Assembly: GCA_963662665.2 (NCBI GenBank)
Contig: CAXXJS010000010.1
Location: forward strand, 384,001 to 448,000
From: Candidatus Latescibacterota bacterium
GTDB taxonomy: Bacteria > Latescibacterota > UBA2968 > GCA-2709665
DNA: 64,000 nucleotides
Reading direction: 5' to 3'
Below, one piece after another: positions 9,535 through 18,097 of this stretch. The position numbers were made by a program, and so were the translations under genes. The stretch's first letter is position 1. The number at the start of each line of letters is the position of its first letter. The notes beneath the pieces are model-generated. The model was not told where the DNA came from. It saw nothing but the letters and a program-made list of their open reading frames with translations, and did not search any database.

Positions 9535-10977
9535 TCAGTGGACCCGGAACGCAGGCGTTTCGCCGGGAACCGGCGAGTTGTCGAAGGCGCCCCGGTTGCG
9601 TACGGCCGCTTCGCCGCCGAAAGACGCGATTTTCGCCAGTTGGTCCGTCCTGGCGCGCGCATCGGTGGCTTCGGGGTCCAGAAGTTCGTGCAGCCGCCGC
9701 TCGAAAAACGCCAGAGTGGATTGATGGTCCGGAGAACCCGAGAGGTCTGCTGTTTCAGTTGGATCGTCTATGAGGTTGAAGAGTTGCGGTGGCTCGTTCA
9801 CGTAGTGGATATACTTCCAGGTCCTGTCGCGGAGCATGTATGTGGCATTACGGGAGCCAACGGCGTGGTATTCGCTGAAAACGGTTCGATTCTCGTTGGC
9901 ATTCCTGGCGATCTGCCAGAGAGAACTGCCGGGGAGGCACTGGCGTTCCTGCGCGGCGCCGGCGCACTCCAGCACGGTGGGAAAGCAGTCCACAAGGGAT
10001 ACCGGCGTGTGCGCAGCACGGCCCGGCGGAACGTCGGGACCGGCCAGGATGAGCGGAACCGACGCGGCTTCCTCGTACATCGTGAATTTCCCGAACAGGC
10101 CGCGGGCGCCCAGGGATTCCCCGTGGTCCGACGTATAAAGGACACGCGTGGTGTCAGCAAGGTCCTGTTCGTCCAGTGCGTTCAGTACCCGTCCGATCTG
10201 CCGGTCCAGGTGAGTACAGGCGCCGTAATAGGCGGCGGTGAGATTGCGCAATTCGGATTCGGAAAACGGCCGGTCGTAGTTGAAGAACCGTCGGAAGCGC
10301 CGGATCGCCGGATGGGCGGGCCAGTCGTCCGGATGCCATTGCGGGGGTAGAGGGAGCGATTCCGGAGGGTAGATTTCAAAGAGTTCCGTCGGCGCGATGT
10401 AGGGCGGGTGGGGGCAGACGAATGACAGGAACAACACCCATGGCTTCTCGTCGTCCCGATGCTCTGCCAGCCAGGCGCACGCGTGGTCGGCGTTCGAAAC
10501 GTCGTATTGAAGATAGGTGGAATCGCCGGGGCCGGCGTTGCGGATGCCCGAACGTTTGTCACGGAACGGCGGCTGTTCCCGAATGCAACTCAGGATGTCC
10601 CCCACGCCATCCACGACGTGCAGCGGATCGATTTCCTCTGTGAAACCGTTATCGTCCTGTGCGGCACGGAAGTGGAGTTTGCCAATAGAAGTAACCTGGA
10701 ATCCCTGCTCCCGGAGACAGTGGCCCCAGCTGGGTACGCCGCCATCGTAAGCGAACGCGTTGTCCCAGTTCCCGGTCTGATGGACGTATCGTCCCGTCGC
10801 AAGGGAGGCGCGTGCGGGCACGCAAATGGGGCAGTTCGTATAGGCGCTGGTGAACCGGGTGCCTCGCCGGGCGAGACTGTCTATATTCGGCGTCCGGACG
10901 ATCGGGTGGCCGTAGCAGCCCGTGATGTCCCGTGTATGCTGATCGGACAGGATGAACAACAGGTTGGCGGGGTTCAT
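9535..10977 (-). CDS. Sulfatase (choline-sulfatase-like)
   Basis: NLLFILSDQH, TPNID, CVPARASLATG (CxPxR), GKLH, TSDHG. Confidence 0.92.
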   Translation of the reverse strand: MNPANLLFILSDQHTRDITGCYGHPIVRTPNIDSLARRGTRFTSAYTNCPICVPARASLATGRYVHQTGNWDNAFAYDGGVPSWGHCLREQGFQVTSIGKLHFRAAQDDNGFTEEIDPLHVVDGVGDILSCIREQPPFRDKRSGIRNAGPGDSTYLQYDVSNADHACAWLAEHRDDEKPWVLFLSFVCPHPPYIAPTELFEIYPPESLPLPPQWHPDDWPAHPAIRRFRRFFNYDRPFSESELRNLTAAYYGACTHLDRQIGRVLNALDEQDLADTTRVLYTSDHGESLGARGLFGKFTMYEEAASVPLILAGPDVPPGRAAHTPVSLVDCFPTVLECAGAAQERQCLPGSSLWQIARNANENRTVFSEYHAVGSRNATYMLRDRTWKYIHYVNEPPQLFNLIDDPTETADLSGSPDHQSTLAFFERRLHELLDPEATDARARTDQLAKIASFGGEAAVRNRGAFDNSPVPGETPAFRVH

Positions 10978-11183
10978 CGTCCCGGTTCCTCAGGGGAATC
11001 CATCTCTACTTCGATCTGATCGGCGGGGATCCATACGACTTTTCCATCTTTCCACGTTACGACGGAACACCCGTTGCGTTTGTGCTGCAGGAGCGCTTCA
11101 CGAACCGCTTCCTTCAAGGCGTTGTCAATCAGTGTGCCTTCCTTGAATATTTTACCGATGTCTTTTTTGGATGACCTTCTCAC
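10974..11183 (-). CDS. Small protein downstream of zeta-toxin-like ATPase (putative antitoxin or partner)
   Basis: 69 aa, ALKEAVREALLQHKRNGCSVVTWKDGKVVWIP; starts 4 nt after the ATPase stop. Confidence 0.7.
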   Translation of the reverse strand: MRRSSKKDIGKIFKEGTLIDNALKEAVREALLQHKRNGCSVVTWKDGKVVWIPADQIEVEMDSPEEPGR

Positions 11184-11187
11184 AGTC

Positions 11188-11766
11188 TTATATACCTTCT
11201 TCTATGTGTGTCCACAGATTGACGTCCCGGACTTCGATATCAGCCGTGCTTTCTCCCATTGAGATCAAACGGGGACCCGAGGTTGCAGTGTTATCGTAAA
11301 AACGCCAATCGTTCGCAACTGGGCGGTACAGTCTGAAAAAGTTACGTAGCCCGGAGTGGTACCGCCGTCGAATTGTTGAGTCAGGAACGTCGTGACCTCC
11401 TGCTATTACCCGCGCCGCAACTCGCGCGATAGCAACTTCCGGATCAGGCAACCATAAAAATGTCAGATGGAAGACATATCCGTTTTGTTTAAGACGGCGT
11501 ATCCACGGCGCAAAACTGCGGCTCGCGAGCGTCGACTCAAACGCAAAATCCGCTCGTCTTGACGCCAGATCTCTGAGCCGCCGTAACATCACGCGGCCCG
11601 CCTGAAGAGCGGCTGACTCCGGGTGGAACCCCGACAGTCCCGATGCGATGGCGTCGGCGTTGACGAATTCGGATACATCCAGCGTATCTCGCAATAGCTG
11701 TGGGGCCGCCGTGCTCTTACCGGCGCCGTTGGGTCCTCCGATAAGGACGAGTTGCGGGTTCGACAT
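11188..11766 (-). CDS. Zeta-toxin-like P-loop ATPase/kinase
   Basis: GGPNGAGKST (Walker A), FVNADAIA, FAFESTL, RVAARVIAGGHDVP, RRY, YDN; start taken at MSNPQ. Confidence 0.85.
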   Translation of the reverse strand: MSNPQLVLIGGPNGAGKSTAAPQLLRDTLDVSEFVNADAIASGLSGFHPESAALQAGRVMLRRLRDLASRRADFAFESTLASRSFAPWIRRLKQNGYVFHLTFLWLPDPEVAIARVAARVIAGGHDVPDSTIRRRYHSGLRNFFRLYRPVANDWRFYDNTATSGPRLISMGESTADIEVRDVNLWTHIEEGI

Positions 11767-11954
11767 AGCCAGGCACGGATTCGTCAAGAGGGATACGTTA
11801 CCAGTCGTTTGCGTACGGCAGGATAGCGAGCGTCAATATAAGATATTGGATCACCACGTCGCAAGGCATTTGACTGTAGCGGGCGTTTGTTCGGTTCCGG
11901 CGCACACTTTGATCGCTCGCACCTGTACTACTGGTTGAAGTGGATGATTGATCC

Positions 11955-11983
11955 TTGAAAGCGGTTTTCCCAGGCACTATATT
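11955..11983 (+). promoter_or_regulatory. sigma70-type promoter of pdxJ
   Basis: TTGAAA-N17-TATATT, 70 nt upstream of the ATG. Confidence 0.55.
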
Positions 11984-12053
11984 ATTGTTGAATATGGATA
12001 CTTTGGTCGTGCCGGCTGAAAACGGTAACCGGCTTCCTCGAAAGGCGATTGAG

Positions 12054-12782
12054 ATGACCCGACTCAGCGTGAACGTAAACAAGGTGGCGCTGCTCCGAAA
12101 CACCCGAACGATCGGCATACCAAGCGTGACCCGCGCCGCCCGGGTCTGCATCGATGCCGGAGCGTACGGAATCACCGTTCATCCGCGGCCGGACCAACGG
12201 CACATCCGGCCCTCCGACGTGTACGAATTGAACGCGCTCGTCTCGGACGTGGAATTCAACATCGAGGGGAATCCATTCGAGGCGGGGTACCTGGAGATCG
12301 TGCGTAACGTGAAGCCCACGCAGTGCACGCTGGTGCCGGACTCTCCCGACGCGTTTACATCGGACCAGGGCTGGGATCTTTCCAGAGAAGGGGATCGCCT
12401 GAAGCCCGTCATTCAGGAGTTGAAAGCCCTGGGAAGCCGGGTAAGCCTGTTTATGGATTACGACTCGGATGAGATCCCGCGCGCGGCGATGGTGGGGGCG
12501 GACCGGATCGAACTTTATACGGAGCCCTATGCGGATGCGTTTCGGGAGAACGAGGATCCGGAGGGGGTTTTCCAGGGATACGCGAAGGCGGCGGCAACAG
12601 CCCGTGACGCGGGCCTTGGCGTCAACGCGGGGCACGACCTTAACCTGGAGAACCTGGGCACGTTCTGTTCCATACCTGGCATTCTGGAAGTATCGATCGG
12701 GCACGCGCTGATCGGAGAGGCGCTGGAGATGGGGTTGGCGAACACGGTGAAGGCCTACCTGGATATCCTTGCGAAGTCATGA
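12054..12782 (+). CDS. pdxJ: Pyridoxine 5'-phosphate synthase
   Basis: LSVNVNKVALLRN, GITVHPRPDQRHI, QCTLVPD, IELYT, NAGHDL, EVSIGHALI. Confidence 0.95.
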   Translation: MTRLSVNVNKVALLRNTRTIGIPSVTRAARVCIDAGAYGITVHPRPDQRHIRPSDVYELNALVSDVEFNIEGNPFEAGYLEIVRNVKPTQCTLVPDSPDAFTSDQGWDLSREGDRLKPVIQELKALGSRVSLFMDYDSDEIPRAAMVGADRIELYTEPYADAFRENEDPEGVFQGYAKAAATARDAGLGVNAGHDLNLENLGTFCSIPGILEVSIGHALIGEALEMGLANTVKAYLDILAKS

Positions 12783-13967
12783 CCGGGAGTGAAGACCCCC
12801 CGCGTGCAGGTCCATGGCCAGGCTGCGGTAGTTTCGAATGCGATGGATCGTGCAGAGGTCGGCGTCGTGCTGGTCGCCTGAGTCCCGGCTGGTGCGTGAG
12901 AGCAAGACGATATCGTCCCCGTCTACGACGGCGCTGGGATACATGAAGCTGCGATAGACGTTGTCCGGCCAGCGGGCTACGCAGCCGGCCGGGAACCAGT
13001 TGAGACAGTCGATCCCGTAGTGCAGGTAGAGCCACCGCCGTTCGTTACCCGGACCTCCGTGGTAACCGGATTCGCGCATTCGTTCGCGCCAGCCCAGAAT
13101 GTCCTGAGAGTTGGTGATGAGGTTGCTCAACATCCAGTACATGGATTCTGAACGATCGTGGATAACGTAGAACTTGCACTGCGCGCCCGGCCAGGCCGCG
13201 AATTGCGTAAAACTCATTTGGTGCGCCCCCGGATCGTAGTCGAAAACCGCCGCAACGTGGGCTGCCGCATATTCGTCGAAGACGCAGCGGCAGAAGGCGC
13301 GAATGCGGCCGTTGACTTCAACGGTATTCGGCTCCAGCCAGACAAGCGGATCTTTCCAGCCCCCGGAAAGTTGCGGCCGGTTGCCGTCGGGAAAGAGGTT
13401 GCGGGTCATTGCGGCGGGAATTTCCGGCTGCCGCACGATATTGGAGAGTGTCCATGCTCCCGGATCCAGGGGTGACATGCTCCGGTCCACTCGGAGCATC
13501 GTTTTTCCGCCATGCCCATGGTCGGGCAGGTCCCAGTCCATTGCCCAATAGAGCGCCTCGGGGCGGAGAACACGGGACGTGGAGATATTCCAGATGGGAC
13601 CCTCAATGACGGTTACGGGGTCGGTCCAGCTTTCGCCTTTATCTTCGCTGGTTACAACGAGGAAGTCTTTGTGGCATTTTTCCTGGACGAACATAAGAAG
13701 CCGGCCGTCCAGCACGAAGGGGGTGGCCTCTTCGTAGGGCAGTCCCGGGAGTTCCTCCCAGGTGAGGCCGCCGTCTGTGCTCCTGAGCAGTCTGAGCCGC
13801 CTGCAAAAATCCCAACCGGGGCGGTGCCACTGCGGCGCGGCCAGCAGCAGCGTACCGTCGTCAAGGCGGGCCAGGTCGGGGTCGTGGAAGAAATACTGCA
13901 TCGGATCGGGCACGCGTGCGGCAATGACGAAGTCCTGGGCGAGCGGTTGAACGTTGGGATTGGACAT
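12777..13967 (-). CDS. Asp-box (BNR) sialidase-like beta-propeller protein
   Basis: STDGGLTW and SEDKGESW Asp boxes; YPSAVVDGDDI. Confidence 0.65.
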   Translation of the reverse strand: MSNPNVQPLAQDFVIAARVPDPMQYFFHDPDLARLDDGTLLLAAPQWHRPGWDFCRRLRLLRSTDGGLTWEELPGLPYEEATPFVLDGRLLMFVQEKCHKDFLVVTSEDKGESWTDPVTVIEGPIWNISTSRVLRPEALYWAMDWDLPDHGHGGKTMLRVDRSMSPLDPGAWTLSNIVRQPEIPAAMTRNLFPDGNRPQLSGGWKDPLVWLEPNTVEVNGRIRAFCRCVFDEYAAAHVAAVFDYDPGAHQMSFTQFAAWPGAQCKFYVIHDRSESMYWMLSNLITNSQDILGWRERMRESGYHGGPGNERRWLYLHYGIDCLNWFPAGCVARWPDNVYRSFMYPSAVVDGDDIVLLSRTSRDSGDQHDADLCTIHRIRNYRSLAMDLHAGGLHSRS

Positions 13968-14017
13968 AGGATTCTCCGCACTGAATTTTGGATTTAGTCT
14001 ATGAATGAGGGGGCATT

Positions 14018-14761
14018 ATGGACCAGGAACAGAAATATCTCTTCGACCTGCAGGGTTATATCGTACTTGAACAGGTGGTACCGCCGGCGCTGGTAGCGGC
14101 CTGCAACGCCGCGCTCGACCGGTTCGAGGCCATGGAGGCGGCGGATTACCCTCCGCCGGTGGTATTGGGCCAGGAGCGCACGCCGGAGAACCTCTATATT
14201 TCAAACATCATGGAGGGCGACGACGCGTTTCTGCCGCTGATGGAACTTCCCGAATTGCTGGATGCCGTCGAAGGCGTCACAGGCGGTCCGTACCGTCTCA
14301 ACCACACGTACACCATCTATCGCTGGGGCGGCGGCTATACGGGAATGCACATGCACGGCACGCCGATCCTCCCCAAATGCCAGTATCGTTGCCGCAACGG
14401 CCAGATGGTGTCGACCCTGACCAAGGCGGTCTTCCCAATGCTCGATTGCGGGCCCGAAGACGGCTGCTTCGCGGTCATCCCGGGGGCGCACAAGAGCAAT
14501 TTTGCAAAACCCTGGGGCGGCCACCCCAGTGAAAACCCGCCCCTGCAGGCCGTTCCGGCGCGCGCCGGCGACGCCATTCTGTTCACGGAAGCGCTCACTC
14601 ACGGGTCCACGGTAAACGTGTCCGGACGCCCGCGTCGCTCGCTCTATTATTGCTACAGCATCGGCTATATGCCCGATTGGGGCGGCCAGCACCTGCGCTT
14701 CAGCCCCGGCCTGGCCGACCGTCTCAGCCCGTCACAACAGGAGATTATCGCGCTGAAATAG
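14018..14761 (+). CDS. PhyH family protein, HGT variant
   Basis: FDLQGYIVL, GCFAVIPGAHK, AGDAILFTEALTHGS, RRS; the HxD position reads MHGT. Confidence 0.85.
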   Translation: MDQEQKYLFDLQGYIVLEQVVPPALVAACNAALDRFEAMEAADYPPPVVLGQERTPENLYISNIMEGDDAFLPLMELPELLDAVEGVTGGPYRLNHTYTIYRWGGGYTGMHMHGTPILPKCQYRCRNGQMVSTLTKAVFPMLDCGPEDGCFAVIPGAHKSNFAKPWGGHPSENPPLQAVPARAGDAILFTEALTHGSTVNVSGRPRRSLYYCYSIGYMPDWGGQHLRFSPGLADRLSPSQQEIIALK

Positions 14762-14780
14762 CGGAAAATCAGACAAGAAT

Positions 14781-14810
14781 CTCACACAAAGACACGAAGA
14801 CACAAAGAGA
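14781..14810. repeat. Octamer-periodic intergenic repeat, copy 1
   Basis: CTCACACAAAGACACGAAGACACAAAGAGA; related copy at 20993-21022. Confidence 0.65.
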
Positions 14811-14909
14811 ATCTCAGTATTGAGCTTCCGGTCGCCAGCCAGCCCTGCAATCGATACGGCGTGGCGAATTCAATCGATCGACCTAAACGCCCGCATTTAA
14901 CCTGTACTT

Positions 14910-14937
14910 GTAGGGGCGGTTCGCGAACCGCCCCTAC
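14910..14937. repeat. GTAG-type REP-like palindrome
   Basis: Perfect 28-bp palindrome GTAGGGGCGGTTCG/CGAACCGCCCCTAC. Confidence 0.8.
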
Positions 14938-14966
14938 GTGCGCCGATTTTCCCGTTCTTCTGCCGT

Positions 14967-15365
14967 TCATCGTCTTCGTTTATACGCCTTCCCGTGTCCC
15001 TCCCGGATCAGGACCTTCGCCAGGTTGGACCCGTCCTGCAGCCTGACCGTGGCCACGACGCGCCCGGAGAAGTTGCCTTGCTTCACATTCTCCAGGTAAA
15101 CGGTTTTCCCGATCCGTTTCCGGACGAAGTCGCGTGCCAGCAGTGCGCGTCGCTTCTCCGACTTGCTCTTCGTCTGAATTTCCGGCGTATCCACACCCCG
15201 CACGCGCACCTTTCCTCGCCATGTCAGGCCCGGCCAGAGGACGACGTCCACGGTCATCGTATCGCCGTCGTAGACGGAAACAACCGTCGCCTCATGCCTG
15301 GGGTACAACGATGGTCTTGCGTCGGCCGTCGAAATCAAGGCAAGATAAACGAGAATCCATACCAT
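14967..15365 (-). CDS. Thermonuclease (SNase) family protein, probably exported
   Basis: Hydrophobic N-terminus; VVSVYDGDT, VRVRGVDTPE, GR, LIREG; RBS AGGAG before ATG 15365. Confidence 0.88.
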   Translation of the reverse strand: MVWILVYLALISTADARPSLYPRHEATVVSVYDGDTMTVDVVLWPGLTWRGKVRVRGVDTPEIQTKSKSEKRRALLARDFVRKRIGKTVYLENVKQGNFSGRVVATVRLQDGSNLAKVLIREGHGKAYKRRR

Positions 15366-15405
15366 AGCACGCTCCTGAATGTGGCTTGAGAAACGGAAAC
15401 GCAAC

Positions 15406-15434
15406 AGTATATTGCAATCGCATCGGGCTGTCAA
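15406..15434 (-). promoter_or_regulatory. Near-consensus sigma70 promoter of the thermonuclease gene
   Basis: Minus strand TTGACA-N17-TATACT. Confidence 0.75.
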
Positions 15435-15550
15435 CCTTCGGGCGGAGCATGCAGGCTGAGTTGCCACCGCGAAACAACGCAAGCATTTGGAAGTGCCGGT
15501 TGGGAAGATCTCAGAGACTCGCGAATCCGCCTTCCGGTGTACCGGCACCA

Positions 15551-15567
15551 TTCAATCATTGTGCCAA
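15551..15567 (-). promoter_or_regulatory. Candidate sigma54 (-24/-12) promoter divergent from the activator gene
   Basis: Minus strand TTGGCACAATGATTGAA = TGGCAC-N5-TTGA (A instead of C at -12). Confidence 0.55.
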
Positions 15568-15607
15568 CCCGTCATGCTCGGTTGACACGCGGATTGAGCA
15601 CACGTAG

Positions 15608-15671
15608 CACCAAGACGATTTTAGTACACACCATAAGAAATCTTGTGATACCACAAGATTTTTTGTATATT
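15608..15671. promoter_or_regulatory. Operator/UAS array overlapping the activator's own sigma70-like promoter
   Basis: Three imperfect repeats at 20-21 bp spacing (CACCAAGACGATTTTAGTA, CACCATAAGAAATCTTGTG, TACCACAAGATTTTTTGTA); perfect IR AAATCTTGTG-N4-CACAAGATTT at 15638-15661; TTGTGA-N17-TATATT ending 7 nt before ATG 15679. Confidence 0.65.
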
Positions 15672-15678
15672 GCAGCCT

Positions 15679-17184
15679 ATGGCAAAGATACTGATCACCT
15701 GGATCGGCCGGGCCGATCTTCGGGCGCCCCTGGACGATCCCGTCGTGGGCATCGGGCCGGTTGCGCAGGCGCTCGGCGCACGTGAGTTCGACGCCGCCGT
15801 GTTGATAAGCGACTGGGCCGAAAACGTGTCGTCGCCGTTTCTTGAATGGCTCCGGCCGTGGACCGGGGCCGATGTCACGGTCCGGCACGAGCCGCTCTCG
15901 GGGCCCACGGAGTTCGGCGAGATTTACGAAGCGGCCGTTCGAGTTGTGTCGGAGACGCTGGCGCGTTACGGGAAAGACGCCGATCTGACGTACCATCTGA
16001 GTCCCGGCACCCCGGCCATGGCCGCTGTCTGGATCATCCTGGCCAAAACGCGGTTTCCCGCGGAACTGATCGAGTCATCCGCAGAGCAAGGCGTGCGCAT
16101 CGCGTCGGTGCCGTTCGACATTTCGGCCGAATTCATTCCGGACCTCCTCCGGGGACCGGACGAGCGCCTCGAAAAGACGATGGCAGGACTCCCGCCGGAG
16201 GCGCCCGAATTCGCCGATATCATACACCGCAGCGATGTAATGGCGCGCGTCATTTCCAGGGCGAGCCGTGTGGCGCCGCGATCGGTTCCCGTGCTCATCC
16301 AGGGGGAGTCCGGTACGGGAAAGGAATTGCTGGCACGGGCGATACACCGGGCGAGCCCCCGGCGGGACCGGCCCTTCGTGGCGGTCAACTGCGGCGCGAT
16401 ACCCGCGGAACTGGCAGAATCCGAACTGTTCGGTCACGAAAAAGGCGCGTTCACGGGCGCGCATCGATCGCGCGTCGGCTATTTCGAGGCTGCCGACTCG
16501 GGAACGCTCTTCCTCGACGAGGTTGGCGAACTCTCCCCGTCCGCCCAGATCAAGTTTCTTCGGATCCTGCAGGATGGGAACGTCCTGCCCGTGGGTTCAA
16601 GGTCGCATCGCGGGGTGGACGTCCGGATCATAGCGGCAACGAACAGGGGTTTGTCAGGAGAAGTCGCCGATGGCCGGTTCCGGGAGGATTTATACTATCG
16701 TCTGGCAGTGGCGGACCTGAAGCTGCCGCCCCTGAGAGACCGCGAGGGCGACCTGGGTCTTCTCGTGGATAGATTGCTTAAACAGGTCAACGTGGAACAC
16801 GCGGGACAGCCGGGCTACGAGCACAAGAAGATTTCTCCAGGTGCAAGAAATCTCATCATGGCTCATCCGTGGCCGGGTAACGTCCGCGAACTGTTGAACA
16901 CGCTTCACCGGGCCGCTTTGTGGTCCACCGGGCCCATCATCCAAAGCGAAGACTTGCGGGATGCGTTGTTGCCGGCGGTGAACCCGGTCGACGCCAGGAT
17001 CCTCGAACGTCCGCTGGGCGACGGCCTCAGCCTGCCGGATTTGCTGGCAGCCGTGGCGCGGCACTACCTGGCGCGGGCGTTGGACGAGACCAACGGAAAC
17101 AAGTCGCGCGCGGCCCGGCTCGTCGGCCTCCCCAGCTACCAGACGTTTACGAATTGGCTGAAGAGATACGGGGTGGATCGATAA
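15679..17184 (+). CDS. sigma54-dependent enhancer-binding protein with N-terminal CARF/RtcR-like sensor domain
   Basis: AAA+ motifs GESGTGKE, VNCGAIP, GAFTGA, LFLDEVG, FREDLYYRL, WPGNVREL; C-terminal Fis-type HTH; N-terminal Rossmann-like domain with LTYHLSPGTPAM and no receiver motif. Confidence 0.85.
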   Translation: MAKILITWIGRADLRAPLDDPVVGIGPVAQALGAREFDAAVLISDWAENVSSPFLEWLRPWTGADVTVRHEPLSGPTEFGEIYEAAVRVVSETLARYGKDADLTYHLSPGTPAMAAVWIILAKTRFPAELIESSAEQGVRIASVPFDISAEFIPDLLRGPDERLEKTMAGLPPEAPEFADIIHRSDVMARVISRASRVAPRSVPVLIQGESGTGKELLARAIHRASPRRDRPFVAVNCGAIPAELAESELFGHEKGAFTGAHRSRVGYFEAADSGTLFLDEVGELSPSAQIKFLRILQDGNVLPVGSRSHRGVDVRIIAATNRGLSGEVADGRFREDLYYRLAVADLKLPPLRDREGDLGLLVDRLLKQVNVEHAGQPGYEHKKISPGARNLIMAHPWPGNVRELLNTLHRAALWSTGPIIQSEDLRDALLPAVNPVDARILERPLGDGLSLPDLLAAVARHYLARALDETNGNKSRAARLVGLPSYQTFTNWLKRYGVDR

Positions 17185-17386
17185 TCGCGCACTACCCGCC
17201 AGGCAATGCATCGCCCGCGCCTTCGAACGAACGGCAAAGAAATAGAGGGAAGACAATCGGCCCGTGGCGAACAATCGGCCTATCCGGGATCTCCTGTCAC
17301 CCACAAAGAATAACATCGCAAGCGTTCGCGTTCGTCATAGACACTTCGAGTGTAAATTTCGAACCCGACGCAAACTTCCAATCCCA

Positions 17387-18097
17387 ATGACCAACGTCGA
17401 ATGGATCTTTCTGGACCTGGGCTGGACGCTCGTGGACGAAACCCGGTCGCACCGTGCGCGTCTAAGGGGCGTTTGTGATCGGTTGGCCGGGTTGGGCACT
17501 CGTCATTCCGTGGACGAACTCATGCGGTTGTGCGAACAGGCGGCGACGGATTTTGCGCCAAGCCCCTTTCGCGGCATGCTGGCGCACCTGGAACTGTCTG
17601 AAGACCGGACTCCCACCCTTGCGGATTCGGCCCGCTACGAGCACAAATACGAAGTCCTGTATCCCGGCGTTCCCAAGATTCTCGAGGCGCTGGCGCAACG
17701 GTTCAAGCTCGGCGTCATCGCCAACCAATCCGAGGGAACTGAGAAACGTCTCGTGCGATGGGGAATTCGGGACCATTTTTCGCATGTTTTCGCGTCCGCC
17801 GAGTTCGGGCTTTCAAAGCCCGATCCGGAGATTTTCCGGAGGGCCGCGTCCGTGGCCGGGTGCGTACCCGAACGCGCACTGATGGTTGGCGACCGGCTCG
17901 ATAACGACGTCGGTCCCGCGAAATCCCAGGGCTGGAAGACCATGCGCGTATTGCAGGGTTTTTCCCGGTTTCAGGCGCCCCGGCGCCCCGAAGAGATACC
18001 CGATATGACCATCCCGTCGATCAGGGGACTATCCGACGCCCGGCAGATGGGGCGACCGTACCACAACCCCGGCGCCGCCATTCGAGGGTCGGTATGA
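17387..18097 (+). CDS. HAD family hydrolase
   Basis: IFLDLGWTL, LYPGV, SKPDPEIF, MVGDRLDND; stop overlaps the next ATG (ATGA). Confidence 0.88.
   Translation: MTNVEWIFLDLGWTLVDETRSHRARLRGVCDRLAGLGTRHSVDELMRLCEQAATDFAPSPFRGMLAHLELSEDRTPTLADSARYEHKYEVLYPGVPKILEALAQRFKLGVIANQSEGTEKRLVRWGIRDHFSHVFASAEFGLSKPDPEIFRRAASVAGCVPERALMVGDRLDNDVGPAKSQGWKTMRVLQGFSRFQAPRRPEEIPDMTIPSIRGLSDARQMGRPYHNPGAAIRGSV

Noticed and set aside
14781-15671. CRISPR array near the CARF-like gene
   Set aside because: The repeats are short and imperfect, lack unique spacers, and there are no cas genes.
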